This document shows positions 62,300-64,000 of a stretch of DNA of 64,000 nucleotides, one piece after another; the first letter of the stretch is position 1; every line of letters starts with the position of its first letter. The DNA comes from the human T2T-CHM13v2.0 reference genome, Homo sapiens. A program made the position numbers and the translations under genes. The notes beneath the pieces were generated by a model. The model did not search any database. It saw only the letters and a list, made by a program, of their open reading frames with translations, and was not told the DNA's origin. Location: assembly GCF_009914755.1 (NCBI RefSeq), contig NC_060925.1. One strand, given 5' to 3'.

Positions 62300-64000
62300 C
62301 TCTTATTTTATTTCAATAGTTTTTGGAGAACAGGTGGTTTTTGGTTACACAGATAAGTTCTTGAGTGGTGATTTCTGAGATTTTTGGTGTACTCGTGGTA
62401 TGGTTTGGCTGTGTCCCCATCCAAATCTCATCTTGAATTGTTGTTGCCATAATCCCCACATGTTGTGGAAGGGACCAGGTAGAGATGGTTGAGTCATGAG
62501 GGCCGTTTCCCTCATTCTGTTCTTGTGATAGTGAATTAGTTCTCATGAGATCTGATGATTTTATTTATTTATTTATTTATTTATTTATTTTTGAGATGGA
62601 GTCTCACTCTGTTGCCCAGGCTGTAGTGCAGTGGCGCAATCTCAGCTCACTGCCACCTCCAGCTCCTGGGTTCAGGTGATTCTCCTGCCTCAGCCTCCCA
62701 AGTAGCTAGGATTACAAGTATGCATTACCATGCCCAGCTAATTTTTTGTATTTTTAGTAGAGAGAGGGTTTCACTGTGTTGGCCAGGCTAGTCTCAAGCT
62801 CCTGACCTCAGGTGATTCACCTGTCTCAGCCTCCCAAAGTGCTGGGATTACAGGCATGAGTCACTGTGCCTGGCCAGAGATCTGATAGTTTTATAAAGGG
62901 CTTCTTCCTTTTCTGGGCTTTCATTCTTCTCCTTCCTGCTGCCATGTGAAGAGGGACATGTTTGCTTTCCCTTCTGCCATGATTGTAAGTTTCCTGAGGC
63001 CTCCCCAGCTCTGTGGAACTGAGAGTCAATTAAATCTCTTTCCTTTATAAATTACCCTGTCTTGGGTATATCCTTATAGCACTGTGAGAATGGACTAATA
63101 TAACCCATCACCCGCTGAGCAGTGTACACTGTACCAAATATGTAGTCTTTATTCCTCACCCCCATCCTAATCTTCCTCCTCAGACCCCACAGTCCATTAT
63201 AGCATTCTTATGCCTTCGCATCCTCATAGCTTAGCTCCTATTTATAAGTGAGAACATACAATATTTGGTTTTCCATTCCTGAGTTACTTCATTTAGAATA
63301 ATGGTCTCAAACTCCAACCAAGTTGCTGCAAATGCCATTATTTCATTTCATCTTATAGCTAAGTAGTATTCCATAGTGTGTATATACCACATTTTCTTTA
63401 TCCACTCATTGCTTGATGGACATTTAGGTTCGTTCCATATTTTTGCAGTTGCAAATTGTGCTACTGTAAACATGCATGTGCATGTGTCTTTTTCATATAA
63501 TGACTTATTTTCCTGTGGGTAGATACCCAGTAGTGGGATTGTTAGATTGAATGGTAGTTCTACTTTTAGTTCTTTGAAGAATCTCCATACTGTTTTCCAT
63601 AGTGGTTGTACTAGTTTACATTCCCACCAGCAGTGTAAAAGTGTTCTCTTTTCACCACATCCAAGCTGACATTTATTTTTGATTTTTTAAATTATGGCCA
63701 TTCTTGCAGTAGTAGGGTGATATTTCATTGTAGTTTTAAATTGCATTTTCTTGATAATTAGTGATGTTGAGTATTTTTTCATGTTTGTTGCCTGTTTGTA
63801 TATCTTCTTTTGAGGATTGTCTATTCATGTCCTTTGCCCACTTTTTGGTGAAATTATCTGTTTTTTTCTTGCTGATTTGTTGGAGTTCATCGTAGATTTT
63901 GGGTACTAGTCCTTTGCCAGGTGCATAGTTTATGAATATTTTCTCCCTCTCTGTGGGTTGTCTGTTTAACCTGCTGATTATTTCTTTTGTTGTGCAGAAG
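62300..64000 (-). mobile_element. L1PB-like element (3' UTR and ORF2 end), continues past the window
   Basis: tttcaatagtttttggagaacaggtggtttttggttac; agtagtattccat; agatacccagtagtgggatt; gttgtgcagaag. Confidence 0.88.
62396..63102 (+). mobile_element. THE1-type MaLR LTR nested in the L1 and containing an antisense Alu (~62563-62875)
   Basis: tggtatggtttggctgtgtcccca...aatctcatcttgaattg start and gaatggactaatata end; decayed 5-bp TSD actcg/accca. Confidence 0.88.

Overview
Primate genomic DNA, almost certainly human chr1q25.2, dense in Alu, L1, LTR and DNA-transposon fossils. The + strand carries the 3' part of SOAT1 (ACAT1, sterol O-acyltransferase 1). It shows 13 coding exons (exons 4-16 by recalled numbering, 6544-24689), all GT-AG and frame-consistent from E60 to F550-stop, followed by a long Alu-containing 3' UTR with several poly(A) signals. 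About 7 kb downstream, in the same orientation, lie the CpG-island promoter and first 8 coding exons of AXDND1 (ATG at 37560, CDS read through 56398). Nearly all other ORFs in the track are Alu, L1 or low-complexity artefacts. I found no convincing new gene system. The best leads are: (1) a strand-biased, C-depleted ERV1 LTR with a tRNA-Arg-like primer-binding site, a candidate deaminase-hypermutated provirus; (2) locally templated insertions, including a 52-bp inverted copy inside a 3'-UTR Alu; (3) a perfect 30-bp inverted repeat before the last SOAT1 exon; (4) a (GT)24 tract at the acceptor of the in-frame active-site exon 13; (5) an Alu inserted into the branch-point zone of exon 15. Repeat family names and exon numbers come from memory and need confirming with RepeatMasker and annotation.
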